From Chlorokybus atmophyticus (Eukaryota; Plantae; Mesostigma and Chlorokybus algae): a DNA stretch of 64,000 bases. The notes below the pieces were generated by a model that ran no database searches, was not told the DNA's origin, and saw only the letters and a list, made by a program, of their open reading frames with translations. The stretch spans positions 1,123,853 through 1,187,852 of the forward strand of contig RHPI01000810.1 of NCBI GenBank assembly GCA_009103225.1. Direction: 5' to 3'. Position 1 is the stretch's first letter, and every line of letters starts with the position of its first letter. Positions 48,306 to 64,000 of the stretch are shown here, piece after piece. Both the position numbers and the translations under genes were made by a program.

Positions 48306-51300
48306 ATGCACTTGGCGGCGGCGGCGGCGGGGCAGTCAGCGCTGTCGCTGTCGTTCTTGCCGTCGCTTACACTGCTGAGATCGCTGCTGTTGCTGCGTGG
48401 AAGTCGTCACGCTCACGCCGCAGCTCGCAGGTGCAGGCGGGAATGACAACATTTCACCTTGGTGCTTGCTTGCTTGGTGCTGACGCGTAACAACAGCAAC
48501 AGCTGAGCCTCAAGCCAGCAATGCCTGGTGCCACCTGCATGCTTTCTAATCACAACTGACCTGACGGCAAACACCAGCTTGTTGATAACTTATAGTGGGC
48601 TTCTGCGTAAACTTGTTGTGATGGTTGTGCGCAGTTACAAAACGCCTGTGTATGCTTGTGGGATTGAGCTTGGGCTGCACAGGATTGAAAAGCTGTGTTT
48701 CCGCGCATGATCCCTGTGATTAAGACACACTACAGTACATACACTACAGTACACTACACTGCACTACACTACACTACACTAAGGCATGCAGTTACTCGCT
48801 CAATCACGCAAGCATCGACTCACCTGTCAGTCGCTTTAGTAGCTCAGTAGTTCAGTCGTTAGGCAACAGTTGATCACACATGCACTCTATTTGTCAGTCA
48901 GCCATCATGAATTTGCTTAGTTTGGCTAGTTTCTGCAGACAGTCGTTGCTTCCGAATACTTAATCGTGCTGTCACACAAGCAGTTATCAGTGCACTCAAT
49001 CATGCACTGGCTCGTTCATTCATGCACTTATCTGTTCATACTCATTGAGAAGGCTCTGAGCACATGCTACATCCGTAGCTCTTCAACTCTGCGTATGTGC
49101 GGGCTTTGAACACATGCATAACCACAAAGCACTTACCAAGTCTGATGCTCACATGCTTTGCAGGCTGTCCGCAAACACACGCAAAACCTTAGCTCCCCTT
49201 GCAATGAGCACATCCAAATACCCTTCCGCTCGCGAGCCTCCTGCCGAGCAGACACCAAACGTTACCCGCAAGGTGGGTTGCACAAAGAGAAAAGTTCTCT
49301 CCAATGCACTATGAAACGCATTGAATGATGGAACACATGTCATGATTTGGCAGGTGAAGTTGGGTCTGTGCCAGCTTGCGGTCACTGCGGACAAGGAGGC
49401 CAACATCGCCAACGCGCGCCGTGCTATCGCAGATGCGGCGGACAATGGAGCCAACATTGTCATGCTTCCGGTATGCTTGTTGTGTTGTGTTTGGTTGAAC
49501 ATGTGTTGGTTGTTATCGGTTGCATGCTGCTTGTAGCGTTGTCATTGTCACGATGTGCTTGTAGCATAGTTCAAGAGTGTTGCAGATACATACTTGTTTG
49601 GGCAGGGATACATGTGTACGTACGGAAATATGCACATATATGTGCGCACGTGCGTACATCTCTGTGTGTATGCATTCAGCTACATGTGCGTGTGCACACT
49701 TGTGCGCGTAAAATTTGCTTATTTCTTTTTGTTGAAGTGTAAGCGTGGATTCAACGCATTGCTCGCAGGAAATGTGGAACTGTCCATACGCCAACACAAG
49801 CTTTCCAGTGTACGCCGAGTCGTTGGACAACTCCCCATCGGTGGATATGCTGGCCAAGTGTGCCAAAGAACACAGTGTTGTCATTGTGGGAGGTGAGCTG
49901 GACATCAGTCAACACTTCAGCAAAGCGAAAAGAATTACCTAATGAAACTATGTTGATGATGCAGGCTCTGTTCCCGAGCGCGATGGAGACGCTCTCTACA
50001 ACACATGCTGCGTGTTGGATAGTAGCGGCAGGTTGGTAGGCAAACATCGAAAGGTGCGCATGCGCTTCGGTGTTTATGCAATCAACGTGTTGCCTTGTTG
50101 CATGTCCAAACCCGTGCTTTACGCCAACTCTTTTTGTACAGGTGCATTTGTTTGACATTGACATTCCAGGCAAAATGGTGTTCAAAGAGTCGGACACGCT
50201 TCATGCGGGGAACGCACCCACAGTGGCCGACACAGGTGAATGTTGTATTGGCCCCATCCACCCAATATTCACACATTGACACGCACACGCAACTCGTGCG
50301 CGCGTGCAATGTGACGAAAGTAAAAGGTTGCTCTCTCATACAGTAACATGCGTGCAGAGTATGGGAGGATTGGTGTCGGCATTTGTTATGACTTGCGCTT
50401 TCCCGAACTCGCTATGCTGTCGGCCGCCAGAGGTAATGTGGGTATTAGGCTATTTTCCCATTGCACAGTGCACTCTCATATGCCACTGTGCTTCCATCTT
50501 TTGCAAGCTGCTTGCCGGCCTACCTCTTATCACCAGTATGATTACACGTTGCAGGCGCGCAGCTTATGTGTTACCCTGGAGCCTTCAACATGACGACCGG
50601 CCCGTTGCATTGGGAGCTGCTGCAAAAAGCGCGGTATATCGTGTTGTTGTCTGGGAATACGTGATATCAAAAACCGTTATTACGCTTGATGTAATCACTG
50701 ACCCTCTATGCATCATGATACCATCACTTACACATCTTCCCCCTTGTACGCTGCGCTAACTGCTGCAACTTTCTGGGCAGGGCAGTTGACAATCAGGTGA
50801 GGTTGCCAGGGACTCTTGAGTAGTTGACACAACATACTTCATGAAGAGAGTTCTCATTTTCTCTTGGCTTGGCATTGCTTGTTGTCTGTTCAGTTCTTTG
50901 TGGCAACCTGCTCCCCCGCGCGGGATGAAAAGGCTTCATACATAGCGTGGGGCCATTCGACCGCAGTTGGGCCGGTGAGTTGTATATTGCCGTTTAGTTA
51001 TGTAAATGTGTCTCAAAATATACGCACAGGCATGCACACTCTCGCATATACTCTAAGGCACACACGCATACATACGCACATGCGCATGCACGCACACCTG
51101 CGTACACAGGCGTGCACGCATAGAAAGTGCTCACCGACTGATTTGCATGCAATTGTTTCAGTTTGGTGAGATTCTTGCTACGACCGAGCATGAAGCAACA
51201 ACTATATATGCAGAGTTGGACTTTTCTCAGATAATTGAAAGGAGGTAATGATTATACAAGCTGATGTACTGGCTGCATTTTCTCCTATTGTGTGTGTTGA

Positions 51301-51426
51301 CAGCGTGTATTTTGCAGGCGCATGTTGCCTTTGGAGCAACAAAGAAGAGGCGACGTCTACAAGTTGGTAGACATGACGAGAGCTCAGTCTCCCGCTGTCA
51401 AAGAGTCTCAGGCTGCAGTAGTATAG
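48306..51426 (+). CDS. NIT2: Omega-amidase (nitrilase family, NIT2), 12 exons: 48306-48430, 49164-49272, 49354-49470, 49769-49892, 49965-50053, 50142-50235, 50358-50432, 50555-50633, 50781-50796, 50894-50974, 51162-51244, 51318-51426
   Basis: [20 protein letters not shown] (Glu), [14 protein letters not shown] (Lys), [10 protein letters not shown] (Cys), [31 protein letters not shown]; every junction is in frame. Confidence 0.96.
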
Positions 51427-51919
51427 TAGTAAGGCAACACAACGCAAAAGCGGGCTGCAGTGTGCGGCGACATGCGTGCTTGGGGCATGCAAATTTTGAA
51501 CAGTCGGTTGGTTGTCATGTCTTGGTGGGAATGAATAATGAGGGACAGGTGACAATATCGCCGGCGTCAAGCTAGGTGCACAGGGCGGCACCGCAGTCGC
51601 TGCTGCAACGCTATCACAAGGCTGTGGTTGTAAGTGGCCAGCATTTTTGTTGCCCAAAGCGGGGCGGCGCTTTGCCACGGGATCTCTTCCACTATATGTA
51701 GTGCACAGCATGCTATAGGTTCTGCGCCGGAGTGCCCAAAATTTGCTTGCAAGCTTGGCTATGAAGGTCAGCTCGTTGCTGTGCATCAGCCACAAGGTGC
51801 TATTGAGCAAGTTCAGCTACACATTCTATAAAGCACTTGGTTGGGCGGAGCAGTCTGCAAACATGTTTACAACACCACTGTGGTTGGCACCATGGCCCAA
51901 TTGTTAACGGAGACCACTC

Positions 51920-51985
51920 CAAACGGCGGAGCTGACGTCGGAGGCAGACGCAGTGCTGGTGGCAGCAGCAGGGTAGTTGTGTAAA
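51920..51985 (+). mobile_element. Extreme 3' tip of the CRE-like family
   Basis: CGGCGGAGCTGACGTCGGAGGCAGACGCAGTGCTGGTGG..GTAGTTGTGTA matches the end of the 39.4-40.0 kb copy, including the GTAGTTGTGTA tail. Confidence 0.55.
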
Positions 51986-52437
51986 GCTGCGTATTGCGTG
52001 AGTGTGTTGCATGCAGTACACTGTTGGTAGGCATGGCAAACAGACCATAGCTGTAACTGCTTGCTAACTGTCCTAGTATTGAAATAAATGTTAACAGTGC
52101 TACGGCTGCCATACAATTTATTTTGGTAGATGCCTTGAAGCCCATAAAGACAGTATGTATGCGACTCAACCTGTGTGTTACATAATGCACAGGCTATTGT
52201 CAACAGTAGAGGTCACTTGTTCTGGTTGTCCCACTGTCAAATCTCCAAAGCAAATTGTGTAAGCAAACTCTGTATACAGCAGACTAAAAACATTGGTCAG
52301 CTTCAAACATTAGTATTGATATAGTACTATACACGACGATAGTGTAATCCACTGCTACTACAAACCCGCAACTGGTACAGCTGATAGAGCTGTGTGTGCA
52401 AACAATGCCAAATTGGCCAATGAAGCAAGTGCTGTTC

Positions 52438-55492
<3,055 letters not shown>

Positions 55493-58400
55493 CCACCTCA
55501 ATGCCTACCTCTGCGGCAATGTTATGTGATTAGAGCAGGCTAGAGCAGGCTAAGTGCAATGCGCCAGTGCCATACACACAACCGCATTACAGGCAAACAA
55601 CCGCAGGTTGTGTACTCAGAACCCAGCAATGCTCGGACCATGCAACAACGGGCGTGCTTGGACTAAGCATGAGCTCAGGACTCGAGCAGCAATCCTACCA
55701 AAGCAATGCTGGCAGCAGGCCACTTACGCACCAGCAGGCCACCGGCGGCTCTTCCAACAACACTGCCTGTTACTACCACCACTGCCGCTTGAGACGTGCA
55801 GCAACGGGCGTGCGCTTGCTGTCACTGGCCGCTGCTGTGTTGCGGCTGGCGCACACAGCTCACTACACTGTACTTAGCTCAACAACGTGGTAGGAGTGAC
55901 GCAATGACGCGGCCTTTATGCAGCCTCCAATGCAATGTAGCCCTCAAGTTGACTGGAAGAATGTTGCTACCAACCAGCGTACCAATGGATGACATATTAC
56001 TACTACTACTGCCCGGTTTACCAGGTGCTAGGCTATGGGATTGCCAGCTGGCAGGTAGTGATTGCCTTTTTGTCGAATGCGAGCGCAGATTTTGCCAGGA
56101 CGTACCAGGAATACGGTATCGGGTCTTTGCTACGCATCACATACGCTTCCCGTTGCGACAAAGCGTAACTCACGTGTAACGACGTTACAGCGCGGCGGCC
56201 ATGCTGGCTGCATACATGGATTTGGCGCGGATCTGCGCCCTCCTCGTATCATTCGTACCTCGTAGTGTTGGGCATTAAGCACTAATTGGCAGTTAGTGGT
56301 TAATACGTTATAGGTTGATGTTAACGCCAGGTTAAGCTCTCATGCGGTCAGAGTTTGCGATAAAAGTAGGCGCAAACGATAGCTCTTGATGAGGTCTTTG
56401 CAGCTGGTGTGCAAGTTAATGGTTTTGAGCAAATTCATTTTTCACAAATCCCCATATTTTTGCATAATACATGAGGTGCATGTGATGACCACCACCACCA
56501 CCACCATAATAATCATGTGAAGCTCATACATAGCCATACTTGCTTACATTAAGCTAATGTGCAGTGACCCATTGTGAATGAATTATCGACATGTAAGATT
56601 TGCTTTACATTAGTGACACTGAATCTTACAACTCAATAATTTGCTTGCAGTAATGCACATTACAATATAAACATGAATATGATTTACATGTACATCATAT
56701 GAACTTTAAACACATCAATTTTAAACATATATATATATTTTTGTATGTAATATATATAGTATGCATAATAAACTTATGTATAAATCTCTTCATTTCTATG
56801 TATGGACTTGATTAATTCACATGTTTAAATTAGTCAACATATACATATACACATGTACTATTTAAAAACGTACATATAATTTTTCCTATATATGTGTATA
56901 TACATGTACATGGATGCAAGTCAACGTACAAAACACATGTGACCGTGCCGTACATAAAGGATTGACACTATACCGTGAAGAGATCTTACAACTCACATTA
57001 TAAGGTACCAAGCACTTTATGTATCGTAACTCAAATCGTATGGTAATGTTGAGTACGAATGTAATCAACGTAACGCAGCGTAATCAAATGTACCTAAGCG
57101 TAAACCGCTAACCCATTAACCCTTATTGTCCTCTAATAATGGTTAATGTTAAGCTCGTTAAAGCTTGGTTAATAGTTAAACTGGTAATTGGTTAGCACCT
57201 GATACTAATTTCGTTCCGTGCAAATGAGCAAATCAGCGGGACACTAGCAGATATGCAGGTTACAGACGCAATAGCGTTGGACTGAAGTATGATTCCACCC
57301 ACGCTATACCAATAATAACATTGTTGCAAGCACATCGTAACAAATGGGCTCCGAGCACTAGGCTATGGTAGCAAAAGACGCTACCATGAGTGAAGTCTGT
57401 CACAACTTATCTTAAATCGTGATACATGATGTTGATTGACTTAACACGTATATATTTAAATTGCAACGCAAATTGTTGTAAGTATAATGTACGAGCACGA
57501 GGATACCGGCTAATTTTTGTCAATGGCATCCCGCCTCATCTTTTCAATGACAGTTGCAGCTATACAAAATACACCGTCTATGCTGCTAAGGTATACTGTA
57601 TATATTCATGCTGACATGTAGCGAAAATGCGAAGCAGGCAAGCAGCTGAACAAGCAACATTAAGTACTCTCAAACCGTTCGCCTAAGATACGCTTTACGC
57701 AAATGTGAGGCAACGCAGCATGCCCCACATTAAAACAAACTTACATAAAGAACATAAACTTAAAAAAAAACAGAGGTAGATTGTAGAACATGACATGATT
57801 GGAATTAGGCAAGCGAATGTGAGATACTGTGCTGTATTAATAATGTACACTACGATGCTGCCCCGGATGACTCTCGCAAACTTCTTTATAATTATAATGC
57901 AGCATGCATATCTGGCTCGCTTTAAGCTAGCGAGCAGATTGCAAGCCTGCAATTCCGTAGCATTAAACTTACAGACATATGCACGCGTTCGTGTGTTAGT
58001 TGACATCGGAAAAATTGCCACTCAATACATGTAATGATTAATGAAACCATTGTTGAATGGAAGCTGAAGTAATGTCTATTTTCAGTATAATAAAAAGCGT
58101 TGCGTTCAAAGTCGTTGCTGGCAATCAAACTATGCATGCGCTATTACCTATTGTCGTCCCTCTAGCGCCATCATCTTATAAGCTCATCGATATGCACAAG
58201 ATGTTTACTATTGCGCGCACACAAGTGTTATGTTGCTGTCAATGTCATGCCATGACTTAGACACAAATCAAATTAAGGCAGAGAGTCATCAATTAATGCT
58301 GCATTTTATCCTTCAAAAGGTAAAACTTATACCTGATGAAATACAAGTTTATATATGATACATCATAAAGCACTTGCACGTGCATGTAAGTTGTTACCCT

Positions 58401-58968
58401 AATGATACAGAAGCTTAAACATGTTGTTACGTACGTGACATAACATTGTTGATATTTTATTGCTAAGTTGTTAATGTTTTTAGCAATTCCTTCTCATGCA
58501 AAATATATATGATTTTCGATGCTTCATGAATATAAAATGTATACATGCATATTTCATATGCTATTGCATGCTTACGAGTGTGCTACATTTACATGCAAAT
58601 CTATTATTGACATGCGTTGAACCAAGTTTACATTTGCCGTAATTCGCATACTATGCTATGAGTATAATAATAATTTAAGTTAACATATAGTTGTTGTCGC
58701 TTTATGCACATATTGTTTAAACCATATGTTTTAATAACGACAATGACATCAACATTTTGGCATAAGTATTGATTGTTAATGCTAACGCATACGCTGCACA
58801 ATCTCCTACTTATAAAGTTAACTTATAAAGATGCCATAATATTTCTATAGGCAATGGTAGCACACCAGGCTCATGCTATTGTCAAGGCCAATGGGTTGTA
58901 GCTCACATCCAACATAATTGATATTAATCCATACGCATGCATGTAGTATAATTGTAAGGCAGGGATTT

Positions 58969-58999
58969 GAGGTAAGGTGAGGTAAGGTGAGGTAAGGTG
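58969..58999 (+). repeat. Three tandem copies of GAGGTAAGGT
   Basis: Read directly from the sequence. Confidence 0.85.
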
Positions 59000-59944
59000 T
59001 AGGACCCAGATGGACAACCTACAGCTAGAGTCTATTGATTGACTATGTTAATGCGCCACGCCGCATGCGTACGATAAGAGTGCTTCCCCCCTACACATTA
59101 TGCGCATTGTGCACTAGTCTCTTTGGTATGCACAAACATATGTTGCCGTACATGCACTATTGTGATGCACTTTTTTGGTTGAAATTATCAATGTAGTGTA
59201 AATAAATGTAACTCAACTTTGTATATACTATATGTAAGAGAACGTCACATTACAATCAACTACATCCCATTAATTGATATGGCTATTTGGGCTTGCACAC
59301 ATTTTACGCGCGACATAAGTTCCAGGACTCACTGTATATGGTATTCATGCCTCGAGACACTACCGTGCCTTGGCCGTATCCGTAGGAAATCGCTATCCTC
59401 AAGTTGCAATTTTGTTAAAACTTGACATGGACATTGGTGTACCCAGCAAGTAGGCTGTTTTGTTTCCAACCCGATGCGTGAAACTACGCATCAAAAAGCT
59501 CTTGCCTCGCAACCAATGCAATCGTGCCATGCAGTTTGAGGTGAACCGCAAGCACTTGGTCCCACCCTGCCTCAGCTTGCAGTTCCGTATCCAAGTGCTT
59601 ACCCTCTAGTGCACTCGATCGTGTACACCTAGACATGAGGGTGCTATCTAAAGCATAAGCATGGCCATGCATTACTCACTACCATGCACAGGCAAGGGCA
59701 ATTGCCCGACTGACTCTCATGCACTTAGTGCCCTTGCCCTTGTAATTGAGCTGCAATTGCCATGTGCTTGCTGGTGCTTGTGCTGCATGTGCGTGCGCTG
59801 TGTCAACGTCTGGAAAGCCTATGCATGGGGCTTGTGAGTATGTAGCATTCAACTCAGGTCTGCTGCGACATTTCAATTGGATCAGCTAGATAAGGGTTGC
59901 AGAGAGTACACACATCAGAACAAAACTGTGCAATGATAGTCTGC

Positions 59945-61352
59945 TCAATCTTGAGGAATGACCAGCCTCTGGCCTGGGTAGATGACATCTGGGTTGCGGA
60001 GTGTGTCCTCGTTCTTCTTGTAGATGTACGGCCACTTAGTCTTGAAGCAGTGGCCAACATAGCAGAGAGTGTCACCCTCCTTCACAACGTAGTCCGTGTC
60101 CTGGTGCTTGGCTTTGCCCTTGGCAAGCACCCCAACGCCAAGCACAACCGCTGCAACGCCAGCCACACCAAGTACCAACCGCGTCCAGAAATTACCATCA
60201 CCTTCACCTGTGGATGCTGCAGCCTTGCTGTCACTGGCGGATGCCGAGTTCGAGTGCACTGCAGGAGCTGGCCGGGGTGCGGGTGGTGGTGGTGCCGGGG
60301 TGCTGACCGTGGTGGTGGACACAGAAGAAGTTGTGCTCACAGAAGCAGCAGCAGGCTGCGGAGCGGGTGCTGGAGCAGGTGCCGGTGCAGTTGCGGACGG
60401 GATGTAGCGCAGAACCAAGCAGATCTCACCAACCTCAGCACCGACTGTGTCCTTCACCTTGTACCACTGCACTTGCGTGCCAGCGCTGATGATCTCTTCC
60501 AGCGGGACCGAGAAGGATCCCATGACTCCTTCCCGGTTGAGTGATCGGCTGTAGTCATCGTACACGGTGACCTGTTCACATAGCGCAAAGTTCAGAGCTG
60601 AGCTAACATGCTGCGTGTGGAAGCGTTGTTGCCGGAGGACTGCACCTAATGCCAGACACGTGTTAGGCAACTGACTGCTAACCTTCAGCTGTGATGTGGA
60701 CGATGGCACAGACAACTTGAAGTCCTTCACCCACTTGGGCGCCAAAGAGGAGCGGATAGCGTCTGTCTTGACCTGCAGTTATTAACGGGTTGTCAACACA
60801 CAATTCGAACTGCACGATGGGCACAACACATTGTGAACGACAACCACATCACATGGCAACGACAGGGTATACGACAGAACCAGCAAACAGCAGCAGCGAG
60901 GCTATTGCTGAGATGCTTGCACTCGCACATGCAAGGCACTAAACAAGTGTGCAGGCGGCGAGACGCCAGCAGCCGCAACACGCTTGCGCAATAACAGGTG
61001 AAAAGCCATTGACACAAACTGTTCCCCAACATAGCTGATGGCCATTTGGTTCGTGACCAAGCTCAGCTGACCAGATGACGTGCCATGCACACCAGCACGC
61101 GACCGGCCTGCTGGCTACTGTATGCCGCAAACGCATGGGCGCCACCTCACGCATGCCGACGGCAAGCAACAGTAGGCCTACAATGCCAGGCCAAGCACCA
61201 AGCAGCCCACAACGAACCACTCCTCAGCCACCAACCCTCACCTCCTGGTTGCCGAGCTGCAGTGAGACGAAAGGGTCGGCGCGGTCGGCCTCCAGCGACT
61301 TGAGGTTGCGCCCCTCGACGATGGACACTTGGAGCGCTCCGATGGAAGCCAT
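59945..61352 (-). CDS. C2 domain - Pro/Ser/Thr/Ala linker - single TM helix - LysM domain protein; exons 61352-61242, 60772-60683, 60571-59945
   Basis: C2: LQVSIVEGRNLK..ADPFVSLQLG..KT..PKW..F..LKVTVYDD..MGSFSVPL..QWYKV. TM: LVLGVAGVAAVVLGVGVLA. LysM: YVVKEGDTL..WPYIYKKN..NPDVIYPGQRLVIP. All introns are phase 0 and in frame. Confidence 0.88.
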
Positions 61353-61731
61353 GACGCCGACAAAGCCGACGAGCCACTCGCCACCACCACCACCTCCGCC
61401 TACTTCTACTTCACCGCCTGCAAGCTGAGAAGGTCGTTGCAATGCAAAGCACGGATCTCTCCCGTTAGGGTTTGTCCACAAGCTGAGCCACTCAGCAGAG
61501 AAGATCTTTGTTTCGTACTCGCTGCTGTCTGTGCGCCCGCCAACTCACTCAACGGGACTGGACTGCAAGTGGCAGTCCAGTCTGCAACTGGTCAGCTGCG
61601 CCCAAGACGGAAGCGCCCAGCCGTTGGATGCCGTCGATTTGCGATATATAGAACGGATCCCGCTCGATTGTCGTTCCGTTTGCAAGTTGCCACCCGGGCG
61701 TCTGAGATCAGATGAGACGCCATCTCATGGC

Positions 61732-61732
<1 letters not shown>

Positions 61733-61780
<48 letters not shown>

Positions 61781-61782
61781 GT

Positions 61783-61829
<47 letters not shown>
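61733..61829. repeat. Compound (CT)n-(GT)n microsatellite upstream of the C2-LysM gene
   Basis: Read directly from the sequence. Confidence 0.97.
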
Positions 61830-61835
<6 letters not shown>

Positions 61836-64000
61836 CGCAAAGTAGTCACTACAAGTTTTTAGGGATGACATCGCCATGCATGAGTGTGTACGGCGTGTTC
61901 ATTACGCATATTGACAAGGCACCTAAACATGCGCACCTATTGCTTGCATGCATGCGAGTGTGAAGCCGACATAGCACATGGATCTGAGCAAGCGGTTGCA
62001 AGTTAAAGAATTAACATGCATCATGTAAAGGACACAACCGATTAAAGATGCTAATAAATAAAAATGTCATGTTCACATTATTGCATAATCGTTATGCATT
62101 ACGTAACATGCATACATAAAGTTATGCACCTAACATTATGAACGATCCATTATTCAATTGCATGTAATCACGGCATAATGTATTCATTGGCTGAACTTGT
62201 ACATCTGAATCAATGTCTGATGCATATATGAAATACGCGATGAAGTAGTTCACTTGAACTGAGCATCGTGCATTTGCATATCATAATGTGGCGTGTCATA
62301 CACTCAAAATAAAGCATGCATGCACATGCTCTTGACTCTTTTGCCAGGGTGTTGTCACCATCAATATGTGTTTCAAATATTTTTATAACAAATTATGCAA
62401 GTGTAAAGTATACGTTTAATATGCACTGCTTTGGCAAAGTAAGCACAAAAATATCTCATGTTATAAAATATTAGATAAAATATGTATCTCACTTAAGCAA
62501 TGAAAGGCTCAATATCAACTTTTAACTAAATATGCCTTTCACATGTTTGACTGTAAATCAAGTCCAACATATGCAGCGTTGAAAATCTTTCTTGCCACTG
62601 TTCTTCATGAATAAAGCTTTGTATTTTCCATTCAACCTTTTGCCATGCGACTACGCGGTTGCATTTCCTTAACTTGATGTGCCGACATCTTATATTGCGC
62701 AATTTTGCAAATTATTAGGGTCTTCAAGCTTTTTGTAAATGCCACGTTAAGAACGTTGTACTGACGCATGTGACATTTGTTGTGGTATGCATCAAGGTCG
62801 ATATATGCATATAATGTACGTTAGTTCATGCGTATTGCTTGTTGCCCGTTGGACGGCGCGGGGAATGGCCGGCAGCTATGCTGAGTCACTGGTGCCGTTG
62901 TGTGTTTGATCTTACACTGCTGCTGCATGGATCAACTACAAGAAGCTATGGCAACGGCGTCACAAACAATCTAAACAGCCACGCACAGCACTACTACCTC
63001 CGTACCCTCCACCCTCCACCGTGCTGTTGCTTTGCGCTGCTCCGCTACTTTCGCCAGGTCTTGACCTCTTGACCTCGCGTTGGTGCATGTGTGCTCATAT
63101 TGGTCACAACTTTGCTACTTACCGCTACTGCCTGATGCCATGCCTCGCTTGCAATTAGCGCACGTAGAGCACTAGCTTTGTATGCCCGTGTTGGTTTTAA
63201 TTGAAGTGCCGCCTTGCTAGTGTGCCACCTTGTTAGGTACTTGCTGAATGCTTCCACACGATATTTACCTTATACTATGCATAAACCATTATCATGTTTG
63301 AATATGTGTAAAAATATCAATAACATAAAGCACAGGCTGTGCTTCATGTAAACGATAACTTTATTGCTTTACGTTGATCATATATAAGATCGTGCGTGCG
63401 TGCAATACATACCAAGCACATGACGTAGTCTTTTAAACATGTAACATACATATATCATAGACAACACTTGCACTTATTCGTCTGCCAGTGATTCACGGCG
63501 TAAGATGAGTTCATCTCCCACAAACAACAAAAGCACACAATAAGGTAAAGTGCGCAAGTATGCACACGCTTATTAAGGTCATGAAACTCGATATTACCAT
63601 GACATCTACCATTTTTGTTGGTTTTGGTAGCTTTATTGGTTGGTAAAATCTATGGCATTTCACGTTTTTGAATTGATGTAGAGTAGTGCGGATTGATGTT
63701 GATGTTTGCACATCATTGTAGCATGCTGCGGTTAATCGCATCAAGGCTTTATATGTATGTTTACGAGCGATGCAAAATGAATGTTTCATATACGCACACA
63801 AAACAAAAAAAAAGAGTAGGTGAGGAGTATGTGTGTATACGGGGTGTTGTACTACATGCTCAGTATACCATCATTGACATTGCAAACCCTTAACACAATG
63901 CAAGGTGCGACTGGACATACACTAACTGAAAATTCGTAAAGGCAGGTGCACTACAAACGTATTTACCCGTATTAAAGCCCCCCTTTCTACACAAGCCCCC

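Noticed and set aside
61715-61737. 10-bp-arm palindrome GAGACGCCAT-CTC-ATGGCGTCTC
   Set aside because: Short and partly formed by the adjacent (CT)n repeat; chance is likely.

Overview
Intron-rich eukaryotic nuclear DNA from the green lineage, inferred from a plastid-targeted class II DAHP synthase, a beta-amylase, plant-type NDUFA13/QCR6 and a four-domain Ca2+ channel. The code is standard (genes end in TAA, TAG or TGA), introns are GT-AG, and there are two large N gaps. I assembled the genes by hand from splice sites: DAHPS(-), MFAP1(+), a secreted Ole e 1/beta-propeller-like protein(+) with an inverted pseudogene copy, BAP31-like(+), a four-domain voltage-gated channel(-) with a Q/D/E/E filter and IQ motif, MAPR cytochrome b5(+), STMP1/DUF4535(-), QCR6(-), NDUFA13(+), a disrupted AIG1/GIMAP-like GTPase(-), omega-amidase NIT2(+), beta-amylase(-) and a C2-TM-LysM protein(-). 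Accessory DNA includes several decayed CRE-like (RLE) non-LTR retrotransposon 3' ends and AT-rich islands. The most notable signals are: (1) a 703-bp three-LTR miniature LTR retrotransposon (TRIM) in a GTPase exon, whose LTR end and 5-bp TSD create in-frame GT/AG splice sites and which carries tRNA-like A/B boxes; (2) a 36-codon relic of a giant-virus (NCLDV) major capsid protein N-terminus among small respiratory-chain genes; (3) two unusual domain architectures, C2-TM-LysM and Ole e 1-propeller. All calls come from reading the sequence; no searches were run.
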